From: Eledone cirrhosa
Taxonomy: Eukaryota
Direction of reading: 5' to 3'
DNA length: 64,000 bases
NCBI GenBank assembly: GCA_964016885.1
Contig: OZ024741.1
Span: 104,408,001-104,472,000 of the forward strand
How positions within the stretch are numbered: the stretch's first letter is position 1; every line of letters begins with the position of its first letter. The notes under the pieces are model-generated. The model did no database searches. It had not been told where the DNA came from and was given only the letters and a program-made list of their open reading frames with translations. This document shows, piece after piece, positions 44,365 through 59,669 of the stretch. Made by a program: the position numbers and the translations under genes.

Positions 44365-47135
44365 AACGAGTAGGACCCCGACGGCTGAGCTCAAGCCGTT
44401 TCGACGGCTAATTCTGGACTAAATGAACATTTTTATCCTGGTATATGAATAGCCGAGCTTCTCAGGGGTAATTCCATATATGGTAAAAGTGATTGTCACA
44501 AGGATTGGTCAAAAGTTTGTTGTTGAGACATAATAATTCTATCATGGCAATTAGTGGAGGGAAGGGGTAGCTGAACCTGCCAGTAGAAGAAAGAGGGAGA
44601 GGGGATGGAGGAAACCCAGTGGTGCGTTGATAGTGCCAACTACAGCTGGACAGGAGGTCAAAGAAGATACTAGGGAGGGGGAGAGGGAGGAAGTCGAAAC
44701 AATAAGTAAAACAATATGGGGTAAATATATAGAAAAATACCGAGGGTGTTAAAAAACAATTAAATGTAAAAAAAACAATTTCTGGTTACTATAACCTAAG
44801 GACAGCTATCAAGTCTCTCACTGGTACTGCTAGACTAAATAAAGGTTTATTAGGTGGGACGGAATTATAATGAGACCATTTTAAGAGGTATAAGTAAACA
44901 ACCGAATATATCTTACGGTGACGGGTCAACAAGTGGGGGGCCAAAATACTAAAGAAACTACCACTAAATAATAATTCAGAGTCCCGAGACCAGTACGAAA
45001 TAAAGGTTTCTACCCCAGGCACAAGGCCAGCAACCACCCAGTGCAAAAAAAAAAAACTAATACGAAATAATAATTCAGAATCCCGAAAAAGAATACTAAT
45101 ACTATCTCTAAGGGTGCCGCCACGATACAAAAATTCTAGTGCAAACTACATAAATGCTCGTACGAAGTATATGTAAAATTTGATACGGAAAATTAATTCA
45201 GAATCCCCCCCCCCCCCCCAAAAAAAAATTACTGATATACGAGAAATTAAAGCAAAGATACCACTAAGAAATATAGAAAGCACGGAAAAGGGGCAGCCAT
45301 CGGATAAGAAGGCAAGTATCCGGGGTCTAACACATCTGCTATAAAAAGCGGAGTCGGCCAAATCTATCATAGAATAGGGGAAGGATGTGGGGGTACTGAG
45401 GCTACAAAGGACCGAGGGGCTGCCTCGAGTGGGCGAGAAAGTAAAAGGACGACGACAAAGAAAGAGGACTGGGGTGGAAGGACTAGGGAGGGATGGGGGG
45501 AAGCAGGAAATATAGAGGAAGCAATAAAAAGATATAAAAGATCTTATGTCTACCTTTGCAAACAGGGGTTACCCATTACAAAATCGGCAAGTGGGGTGTT
45601 ATAGCCCTAGTCTACCCCCCCCCCCCCCCCCCCCCCCGGGTCATTATGGGGTTTGAGGGCGAGGTAAGTCCTACGCAATCTGTGTTTACATGCAGTTACC
45701 AGTTCATTTTTCTTGTTTAGGAGTTGGTCCGTCGAAAACAGCATTTGTAAAGTTTCCTCCGAGCATAAATTGCACGGACGTCGTCCTCCCGTGTAAGAGT
45801 TGGCTCTGGACAGTAAACTCCAAGTAAGATCATAGGTAATATTGTTATCCTTGAGGTCCCATATGTGGCCCGAAAGTGTAGTGGCGTGACGCCGGGCCTG
45901 GTTTCGGAAGGTATGTTTGTGTTGGTATAGCCGGGTCTTGAAGTCACATGCGGTTAATCCTATATAAGCTTTGTTGGAGGTATCCGTCCTCACGTTGCAC
46001 TGGTAGATCACATTACGATCTCTGCGTCTGTTGTCGAGGGGGAAAATGGATCCATCAGGACAGTTGCACCTCCTGGTCGGCTCTCCACTGCTATTTAGGT
46101 TATTTCTTCCATAGGGGTTGAGTTTTTTGTTGTTAGAGGAGACGATGTTTTGTGCAAAGTTTGGTGTAGTGCTGTAGGAGAGTTTGATGGTATTTTTGTT
46201 AATTATGTTGTGGTAGCGGTGTTGTAGTGGGAAGTGTTTTTCAATGAGCCTAAAGAAGATTTTCCCGATAGGAGTTGTCACCTCGGCGTTGTAGGGGAGG
46301 ATTGAACCATGTTACGTTGCGTGAGCGGCGGTGTCACCTGCTGGTTCCGCTAATGGAAGCTGGACAGTAGGATATTTCCTCCCGGAAACCACTCCGCTTG
46401 AGGGCCTGGTTGTAATATGGCGCATGTTCCTCGAATATCTGCTCATTAGCTGACAAACGAGATATGCGGAGGGAGATGTTTTTAACCAGGTGATGTCCCT
46501 GGGATGGTTTGACCGGCGGTGGATGTAGTGCAGGTTGTCGTTAGGTTTCCTGTATGGGTAGTACAGATCATTATCGAGGTCAAGGCTAACGTCCAGGAAG
46601 TATACTCGGGTCAGGGACGTTTGTAGGGTTATTTTAAATCCCCAGTCGCGGAAGAAGCTGATTAATTGTTTCCGGACCCGATCTGTACTACTGGGGTTGT
46701 ACCCTTTAAGGGTAAGGAGCCCATCATCGCGGTACAATCCACCGCCGAATGCAGGAAACATATCGGTGAGTTTGACTATTAGGAATAATCCTATAAGATC
46801 TGTGACCTCAGCCGAATCCGTCGCGCACATGCTGACGTCGAAGGGTGAGTCGGGAGCTCTCTTTATCCATTTGGAGTTGTCGAAGAGTAAGACTGTCTTC
46901 CTGGCGTGGAGGATGATGTTTCTTTCCTGGTCGGTGATGGGCACAAGTGTTTCGGCGAAGTCCAAGGCAGTCGTAAGTAGCGGTAAGGTAATTGAAGCAT
47001 AGTAGCTCTCTATGTCAAACTGGATGAATTTAGTGTCTCGTTTTTCCTCCATATTGCTGAACCATGAGATTACTTCCTGGGTGTTGACCCATAGGCTAAG
47101 TCTGGCGTGTTGCTTAACTTTTGGTATAACGCGGT
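44362..47135 (-). mobile_element. 5'-truncated Penelope-like element
   Basis: Minus ORFs 46312-47052 (FIQFDIESYY, YRDD) and 45607-46281 (CNC, NVIYQC, AYIGLT..FKTR, CNLC, LLNKKNE); long 3' UTR/pseudo-LTR. Confidence 0.92.
44376..44468 (-). ncRNA. Degenerate type I hammerhead with full stem III
   Basis: Minus strand reads CCC-CTGAGAA-gctCGGCTA...TAGCCGtc-GAAA-CGGCT tgagctc AGCCG-TC-GGG. The core departs from CUGANGA. Confidence 0.55.
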
Positions 47136-47223
47136 CATTTTGGTGCGTTATGGTCCACCTGGTTCCTTACCATATTTCCTTCGTTATATATATGTATAAT
47201 ATATATATATATATATATATATA

Positions 47224-47264
<41 letters not shown>

Positions 47265-47283
47265 TAATCTATATATATATATA

Positions 47284-47321
<38 letters not shown>

Positions 47322-47518
47322 CGAAGGAAATGTGGTAAGGAACCAGGTGGACCATAACGCACCAAAGTACTCAATACTTGAGGTAGTAGAGTGGGTAATA
47401 GGAACCAGTAAGACCCCCACAGCTGAGCTCAAGCCGTCAATCCGTTTCGACGGCTAATTCTGGACGCAGAATTAGCCGTCGAAACGGCTTGAGCTCAGCT
47501 GTCGGGGTCTTACTGGTT

Positions 47519-47579
<61 letters not shown>

Positions 47580-47598
47580 CATATATATATATATATAC

Positions 47599-47683
<85 letters not shown>

Positions 47684-47815
47684 CGAAGGAAATGTGGTAA
47701 GGAACCAGGTGGACCATAACGCACCAAAATGACCGCGTTATACCAAAAGTTAAGCAACACGCCAGACTTAGCCTATGGGTCAACACCCAGGAAGTAATCT
47801 CATGGTTCAGCAATA
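47051..47815. repeat. Nested palindrome of PLE pseudo-LTR and ORF pieces with (TA)n spacers
   Basis: 47051-47185 is inverted at 47682-47815; an inner hairpin is centred near 47463. Confidence 0.85.
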
Positions 47816-47828
47816 TGGTTCAGCAATA

Positions 47829-49029
47829 TAAAGAGAGATATACTTTAACTTTAATGATATCTCATAAAATAATACAACTGGTTTTTCCACATTATACATA
47901 TTGTTAGCACCCCAAACACTTAAATTGGGTTTATATTTTAATATAACCTAATGTTTGTTGAGTGAGATGGTTACCAGTCAGAGTTTAGCTTTAAACTATC
48001 TCTGTTATTTTATTAAATATTTACTCTTGATTGGCCAGAGGTGTTTATTTCCAGGTACCTTATGAATTTGACTTTCCGTATTTATTACTGTTGTGATATA
48101 TTGTGGCTTTCTTTGGTTGTAACTTCTGTTTTTTAGCCTAAGAAAATATATATATATGCCTACGTATATAATTACACGCATATATGTATTTATTTTCTTT
48201 TATTAATTGAGTTCTTTACACGAGGAATTAATATTGGTTTAGAAATAACTAATTAACCCGCATGTGTTTTATATTTTACTCTTAATAATTCGGCCGGAGA
48301 ATTATATTCCCATTTGCCCTTTATAGCATAACTTTCTGCATTTACTGCGGTTATGAGAAGCGGTTCTTATTAGGTTACAACTTCTGATTTAGCCTAAGAA
48401 AATATCTATATGCGTGTGTAATTTATACAAGCATATATTTATTTTTTTTATTTTCAATTGAGTTTCTAAACACGTTGGATTGATAATGTTTTCAAAATAA
48501 CTAATTAACCCGCGTGTATATTATTATTTTTTTTCCTCATTTCGTGGATCGTGGGATGTCTCCCCTTCCCGCTTCGTGTCGCTATGGTACTTCCTCAGTC
48601 AAAAACTGCTTGAATTTCAAATTTGGCGGTCATTCGAGGTGAGAGAGAGTAACTTTACAGACATGATTTTTGACAGCGGTAAGAAATAATTTTCTTATAT
48701 CAATGTTTAATGGGCTTCCACTGATGATTTATAAGTGCCCACCTAAATATATTCTTACATGAATATATATTAGGCTTCTACATAAACTGGAAACATTCTC
48801 CCAACTTGTAGAAAACTTATAATGAAACAATTGTTTGTAAAGAGAGATATACTTTAACTTTAATTATATCTCATAAAATAATACAACTGGTTTTTCCACA
48901 TTATACATATTGTTAGCACCCCAAACACTTAAATTGGGTTTATATTTTAATATAACCTAATGTTTGTTGAGTGAGATGGTTACCAGTCAGAGTTTAGCTT
49001 TAAACTATCTCTGTTATTGTATTAAATAT
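47829..49029 (+). mobile_element. Non-coding retrozyme-like or non-autonomous PLE unit with ~190-bp direct terminal repeats
   Basis: 47829-48020 repeats at 48838-49029 (period 1009); a hammerhead motif at ~48715-48842 lies immediately before the second repeat. Confidence 0.65.
48715..48842 (+). ncRNA. Hammerhead-like motif with branched, enlarged stem II
   Basis: CTGATGA(48721)-tTTATAAGT...ACTTATAAt-GAAA(48824)-CAATTG-TT; two hairpins inside stem II; stem I is imperfect. Confidence 0.55.
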
Positions 49030-49090
49030 ATATATATATATATATAATGTATATATATATATATATATATAATGTATATATATATATATA

Positions 49091-49135
<45 letters not shown>

Positions 49136-49138
49136 GTA

Positions 49139-50300
<1,162 letters not shown>

Positions 50301-50309
50301 CTAACACAT

Positions 50310-53300
50310 ATATATCCTAGAAACGATCGTAAAATGATGAATTTTTTTAATATAAGGAACTGTTTCTTTGTTTATTCATTATTTTATTAATTTATCTTGA
50401 CTCTGTTTTCCGTTTATTTTTCACCGAAAGTAGTTTTTGAATGCATCTTCTCTTTTCATAATATCCGGATTACATTGAGTTCTTCATACGGATTGGACAC
50501 TACCGTAAACTTTTGGTAGATTTATCTACATACTTTGCTCCTATTTTCATGGGGATACTCTTATTTTTATATTGTATGTGTATATATATTTATATATATA
50601 TACATATATGTGTATAACTTTATAACTCCATATACAAATAGTTGAGCTCTTTTTCTTGTCCATTATCCATATCACAATGGAAAAACAATACTTGGGAACT
50701 TCTTTAAAGAATATGCCATTACCTTCTAAGGATGATTTCTTACTTCTTATGATACAAAAAACCAACCAATTTATCAGAAGAATCAGATGGAGGGCCTACC
50801 ACTTCGATAAAAAAACAAAATGTACTGATAGGAAAGATTTGTATGATTTGACTACATATAAAAATCCACCACACAACTCCTTACTTGAAAACTCTGAGAA
50901 AGGCCTTTTTAATTTAATCAAACACCTCAAATTTAAGAGGTATAAATCTAATTTTCAAAAGGACCTTGATTCTACCCTATTGGACCTAAAAAAATCTAAA
51001 AAAATCCATGTCCACTCGGACAAAACTGGAAATCTATATCACATGGATATTGAAAATTACAATGAGTTCATATATAAAGAACTCAGGAAAAATTATAGAA
51101 AAACAAATAATGCGTCACTTACCAACATCAACAACAAAACACACAGCATAGTGAATAGACTTAATATTGAAGATAGAACTGAACCTTTGGCATTGAAAAG
51201 ACCACACTTCAACCTGAAAGATCATAAATCTAACTTTAACTCTAATCCTTCTATAAGGCTTATATGCCCTTCCAAATCTGATATTGGAATAATTAGTAAA
51301 AAAATTTTAGATAGTCATCCCACCACTAAGAAAACATGTTAATTTACCACTCTGGGAAAACACATCCCAGGTAATTAACTGGTTTAATAATATTAGAAAT
51401 AAATCCTCTGCTTCATTTCTACAATTTGATATAGATAATTATTCTTCTTCTATATCACCTATACTCCTGAACAAAGCCTTGATATTTGCTAAAAATAGAT
51501 CTAACTTAACTTTGGATGACATTAATATTATTACACATGCTAGACTAACACTATTGGAATTTCAGAATGAATACTGGACCAGAAACACATATAGTAATCT
51601 ATTCGATATTACTATGGGCTCAAGCGATTCTGCCCAAATTACTGATCTTGTGGGCCTCTTTTTTCTTTTTAACATACATGCTTCTTTTCCCCACCTTAAA
51701 GGTGGTTTATATCGTGACGACTGTCTTCTTCTTTCCAATAACCTTAGCCTCTCAGAGATAGAAAAAAATAAAAAGCTTATTAGAACTTTCCTCAAAGACT
51801 ATTATAGTCTAGATATTACATTTGAAAACACAAGTAAAGTAGTTAATTTCCTAGATATAACATTAGACTTATCTACGGGTATCTACCAACCTTACCATAA
51901 ACCCAACCAAAATTTACACTACATACACTCACAATCTAATCACCCTAAATCTATCCTTAAAAACCTTGCATATAATATATCACTTAGAATTTCTAACCTT
52001 TCGTCTAACCAAGATGTATTTGATAAAAATGCGACCTTTTATAACGAAGCTCTAGCTAGAAGTGGCCACAAAAATAGATTAGTATATATACCTTCTACCA
52101 ATAACACTACAAACATACAACCTAATATTACCAACAAACACCAAATGAAACATACACACCTAAATGCCACTCACAATATACCCCAAAACACCAACATAAA
52201 ACCAAATTTCTCTAACTCTTCTAATATACAGTATAGTAACTCTCAAAAAACTACTCATCCTACAACTCTAATAAATGTTAATAATAAAACTCCTAATAAA
52301 CAAGCTAAAACACCTAAATCAATAAATCTAACTAAAAATGTGTGTGGTGAGGTCATTAACAATAATTCTCTTAATAAACATCAGGATGCATCCTATAAAA
52401 ACAATAAACAACATCGAAACCGTAATAGACGAGTTACTTGGTACAATGCTCCATTTAATTTACAAATTAAGGATAATATACCTAAAAAATTCTTTAATAT
52501 CCTAGAGAAAAACTTCCCGCCAAACCACAAATACCATCAAATCTTAAATAGATCAATGGTTAAATTCTCCTACTCAACAACCAAAAACATAAAACAAAAT
52601 ATAAGTGCCTATAATGCATATAAATGTAAAAAAAACATGAGTATACCACCAGTACATCAAACTAACCATAATATCTCCTCAGATACAGGATTCAAGAAAA
52701 GTTCTAACTGTAGAAACAAGGCAAACTGTCCATTAAAAGGAAATTGCCTTGTTAATAACAGTATATAAATGTAAAGTTAACACTAAGGACTCAATTTATT
52801 CATATATAGGAGCTACCTCTAACAAATTTAAGGTAAGATTTAATACCCACAAACATAGTTTTAAAAATGCCGCACTAGCTAATACAACATCTCTAGCTGA
52901 AATAATTAATAGTTATAGAAAGAGGAATATAGATTATGACCTGACCTGGAGTGTGCTCAAAAGGGCCACCCCTTATCAAAATAGTAGATATGAATGTAGA
53001 TTATGTTCCCAAGAACTCTTTGAAATAATGAAATCTAAGGATATCCTATTAAATAAGCGACAGGAATTAATAATATCGTGTAATCATAAACTGAGAAAAA
53101 CCTTTAAATATTATAAACCTAATTAATATACACTTTAGAAATTAATATATAAACTATTTTTAATTTAGTTAACCTATAATTAATATTCTACTACTGATGA
53201 ACTACATAATTTTGCTTTCCTTCTTACAAATATCATTTCCTAAAACTGATACCATTAAGTAAACATATATAATGCTTTAACTTCAGGTTATGACTCTATG

Positions 53301-53350
53301 TTCCTTGAAAACTATATATATTTACTATTTCTCACTAATAAATTTAACCC
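50310..53350 (+). mobile_element. Near full-length Penelope-like element, frameshifted
   Basis: ORFs 50656-51342 (SLKNMPLPS...IRWRA, DKTGN), 51479-52768 (YRDD, WYNAPF, CPLKGNCL) and 52749-53126 (VYKC, YIGAT, CRLC, LLNKRQE). Confidence 0.92.
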
Positions 53351-53434
53351 CCCCCCCCAATAATTATATGTATATATAAGTGTATATGTGTGTGTATATA
53401 TATGTGTATGTATGTATATGTGCATGTATATATC

Positions 53435-53499
<65 letters not shown>

Positions 53500-53677
53500 A
53501 TATATATTATAAATTATATATATATATATTATATATATATATATATAATATGTATATTATATATATATATTATATATATTTATAGATTATATATATATAT
53601 TATATATATATATTATATATATATATATTATATATATATATATTATATGTATATATAAATTATATATATATATATAT

Positions 53678-53718
<41 letters not shown>

Positions 53719-53963
53719 ATATATATTCCTTCTCTCCCTTCTCCGGTTTCCCAATAACTTATCCAGTTATTAACGCTCTGGGCGGCATATATATTGTCTT
53801 TAAAGCGTAGAAATATCCGAGATCCCTAGTAGACAACTGATGAGTACTCCTCCCGGTCTTGCTTTCTTCTTATTCCCACTCCATTTTAAGCCACCTTAAA
53901 TAGCACCTACACTGTCATTCCTATTCTCCATATATATATATATATTATTTATATATATATATG

Positions 53964-54006
<43 letters not shown>

Positions 54007-54374
54007 AATAAATTATCGAGAATCGGAATTTCGGCCCACGAAATAACGAAACACAATCTTCGAGATGCGTGGCAAAGGGCTCAATAGTTTGGATAAACCA
54101 GAGCTATAACTATCGTTTAAATATCAACACACGGAGACAATGCTTAAAATCACTCGCACAGCCGAAAAAAACGACCAGGAAAATTTGGGTCAGACAAATA
54201 AGAATATAAATGAATGAAAAATATATATATAAAGGTAGGGAGCCACTGTATCTCCCTGGAGCACTCCAGCCAGTATCTCAAAGAACTCTGTCATCCAATC
54301 AGGTGTAATGACTTGGGCTTTCGTGTTGGTGTAGAGCAGTGATACTATAATAGAGCAATGATACTATAATAGAG

Positions 54375-55240
54375 TAGTGGACTATTGTATGCGCCTTGCA
54401 CTGGAGAAACACCAGGACTCTGGCTTTACTGTAGCACTGGCTCAGAGCAGGAGAGTTAAGGCGAAAAAGGTATCAGATGCTGAATTTGCCGACGACATAG
54501 TTTTGGTGACAAATACAGTGAAGGAGGCAGAGGATTTGATGCAGGAGGTTGAGACTGTGTCGATGAGTGTGGGGATGAGAATGAATGAGACTAAAACAAA
54601 ATATCTGGTAGAGAATGTTGAGAAGCTAGAGGGGATCACTAATGTAGGCGGGAAGCCACTAGAATTGGTTGAGGACTTCCTGTATTTGGGAGCAAAGATT
54701 GGGAATACGGAAGATGATGTGGTTGAGAGGAAGAGCAAAGTCTGGGCGGCGTGCCACAGCTTGAGATTGGTGTGGAAGTCGGACCTTCGTAAAGACCTGA
54801 AAATCCGCCTCTTCATTGCTGTAGTGGAGTCTGTGCTGCTGTACGGGTCTTAGACTTGGACACTGACCAAGAAACTCACTCAGATGGTGGATGGATGCTA
54901 TACGAGAATGCTGAGGATGGCTCTGAACATTAATCAGTATACACTGAGGATGAAAAACTCAGAGCTGTATGGGAGCCTCCCAAAAGTCAGCTCAAAAGTG
55001 ACACAGAGGAGCCTGAGGTTAGCTTGACATGCTCACCGACATCCAGAGTTGACATTGCACTCAGTGCTCCTGTGGGAGCCCCTACTTGGACACACTGGAA
55101 GAGGAAGACCAAGGTTGACGTATGTTGATGCCCTAAGGACAGACACTGGTCTGTTGGAGACGCAGGACATGGCAGCGATAATGAGGGACAGAGACCGCTG
55201 GAGAGAATTCGTCCATGAATCTCGGGAATTTTACCCGCCC
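54375..55240 (+). mobile_element. 5'-truncated LINE (RTE/RTE-X-like, no PHD insert)
   Basis: EFADDIVL, KTKY, DFLYLG, VESVLLYGS, LLWEP...GRGRP..TYVD.L..DTG. Confidence 0.85.
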
Positions 55241-55257
55241 TATATATATATATATAT

Positions 55258-55710
55258 ATGGAAAGTTATATTTAAAATTGTTGGGTTACAACTAGTAAAT
55301 ATTTATAACTGATATAAAAGCACTCGACAAATATTTGGAGTATGTTTACAATATTAAATAAATGGATCCAGGCAAGGAGTCTTCAACGGCACTGTCAGGC
55401 GTACTCTGGCAACTTGGGCTAGATGGCGTTGGATATTCGACGGCTTGGAATGTGGTCTCAGGAGGGATTCCTTTTGGTTCGTCCTCTGGGACATGTGGCC
55501 TCTGCGCGGAGGAGATATTCTTTGTGCTAAAATCTGGAGGTTCCCTTGGTCTACGGACAGGTTTATTCAGTTGTTGCAAACATAGATTGAACTCAACATT
55601 TAAATATAAATTTGGATTTGGGGTGTGGTATATTTAGTTTGATTTATATTTGTATGGGAAACTGGCCGATAAATCTTTGATTCCTTCTTATTCTTTTTAT
55701 TTTTTATTTA

Positions 55711-55767
<57 letters not shown>

Positions 55768-57139
55768 ATTATTTTTATTTAAACATTCCTCATGGAAAAT
55801 TGAGCTGCACTGAAGGCTGGTGCTCCAAATGTTTCGAATAAACGTTACACTGGATGAACTTCTATATTAAATATAGGAACACATGTAGACCAAATTGGGC
55901 ATCCTAAACTTTTTGAAATGATCTTTGCTAGATGTGATTTGATAGATAATTTTTTGGCTTTGTCTGTTTTTCGACTCATGCTTATAATGAACTTGGCAAT
56001 ATATTGTCAATTAACTTTGAAGGGTTGATCTTTGTGGTTTATTTTTATTTTTTATTATTGTAGTATTTTCTAATATTTTTATTTTTAATATTTTTAATAT
56101 GTAAAATTTTTTAATATGTAATATTTTTAATATGTAATATTCTTTCGTAATATTTTTTTAGTTTTCTATTTTATTATTACTTATTATTATTATTGTTATT
56201 TTTTAGTATTTTTTAGTTTTGTTTCTGATATATATTTTTATTAGTATATTGAAATCTGCTCTCTATTTCTGCTTGATAGATAATCTTGTAGAGTAAAGAC
56301 AGGAATAATAATACACATATATGTATACTCAAATTTTTATACCACATTGAGAATGTTTTCCGTGAACCTAGGGTTTGCAGAGTTGATCATATAGATTCAC
56401 ATGGATGTTTGTAGCTATCACATAAACATATGAATTTTTTTAAAAAACTAAACATAAGATCATTAATTCTCACACACTATGGTTACTTGTCTCATTCAGG
56501 AATACTGATATTTACAATATAGTGGATGTTTTATAAATACTAATACCTCCACGTTAAAACATAGGGTTTTTACGCCTCGCATATATCTGGTTATTTTTTA
56601 ATTTTTTTCTCTCGCTATATTTTTTCTCTCTCTATATCTTTTTCTCTCTCTATATCTCCCTTACATTAATACTAGAGCTAAATAAATAAATAAATAAATA
56701 AATGTATCATTGATACATTTACTCAACAGACCTCCCACTACCTAATTTTCTATGTATGTATGTATCTATCTCTGTTTCCTCTCTCTATATATAAATATAT
56801 ATATCTTTCTGTTTCTTTACATGAAGTTCTTCTCTTTATCTATCTTTCCATCTCTCTATTTTGTTCAATACATTTCTTCTTTTTCTTCCTTTTCTTCGTT
56901 TTCTGTCTTTCTTTTTTTTTTCTCTCTTTTTTTCTCTTTCTTTCTCTCTGTGTACAATTTTTTCACTGCCAAATCAACCTCTTCAAGTCGATGTTTATTA
57001 CGGTATGTCGAATCTATTTATCTATAAAACTGTTTATATTGTATTTTGTCTGAGGAAGGCATAGCATATTGTTAATATGATATCCCTGAAATATATATAA
57101 TGAAATAAATATGGTTTTATAAATATAGTTTCCATTTAT

Positions 57140-57147
<8 letters not shown>
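55258..57147. mobile_element. ~1.9-kb non-autonomous hammerhead-bearing element with inverted pseudo-LTR ends
   Basis: Left end is the reverse complement of ~39050-39158; right end matches 38945-39070. No convincing ORF. Flanked by (TA)n. Confidence 0.65.
57042..57107 (+). ncRNA. Minimal type I hammerhead (CTGAGGA core), same family as 38962-39027
   Basis: TATTTTGT-CTGAGGA-AGGCATAGCATATT gtt AATATGATATCCCT-GAAA-TATATA-TA-ATGAAATA. Confidence 0.78.
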
Positions 57148-59120
<1,973 letters not shown>

Positions 59121-59321
59121 ATATATATCAATGATATTAAATAAATGGAAACTATATTTATATATATATATGTATATTGTGTGTGTAGAGAAAAAAACGT
59201 TGTACCTAACTGCTATTTTTAGTAGCGTGGCAAACAACACGTCTATAATATTCCCGCTTTTACTAACAACCAGTTTATGTGTGGGTCATTTTAACGCCCT
59301 GACCTTATAATGAAGATTATA

Positions 59322-59669
59322 TGTCGCTGCAAGTGTTAGTAGATTCAGAAGGCATAAAATAACGACGAAATCCATTATAAATATGTAATTCCATTTATTC
59401 GTGGTATAAGCATGGAATTGGTATAACGACAAGAAAGAATTGATCTGTATCGAAGAATTGACGTGTTGACGCGAGCAAGTATTTCCGAAGACTCAATTCT
59501 CTCAGAGTTCACTTACGTTATCTGGTCTAAGTAGCCGGGTAACTCGTATCGCTCCGCCGAAGGTTTTGATTGGCTCACACTTTAGCCAATTTACCTCCGT
59601 AACATAATTCTTCCGCAGAAGGAAAATACATTTAATTACAAAGTATATATATATTTATTTACTGCTACA
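59322..59669 (-). repeat. Putative 3' LTR of the gypsy element
   Basis: On minus, the PPT GCAGGGGG is followed by TGTAGC at 59669; an imperfect terminal inverted end GCGACA lies at 59322 and there is an internal AATAAA. The left boundary is uncertain. Confidence 0.55.

Noticed and set aside
50318-50340. GAAA-CGATCG-TA hammerhead 3' half at the start of the 50-53 kb PLE
   Set aside because: No upstream CTGANGA or stem partner is present; truncated, so not called.
53190-53860. CTGATGA motifs at ~53194 and ~53837
   Set aside because: No convincing stem II-GAAA-UH arrangement.
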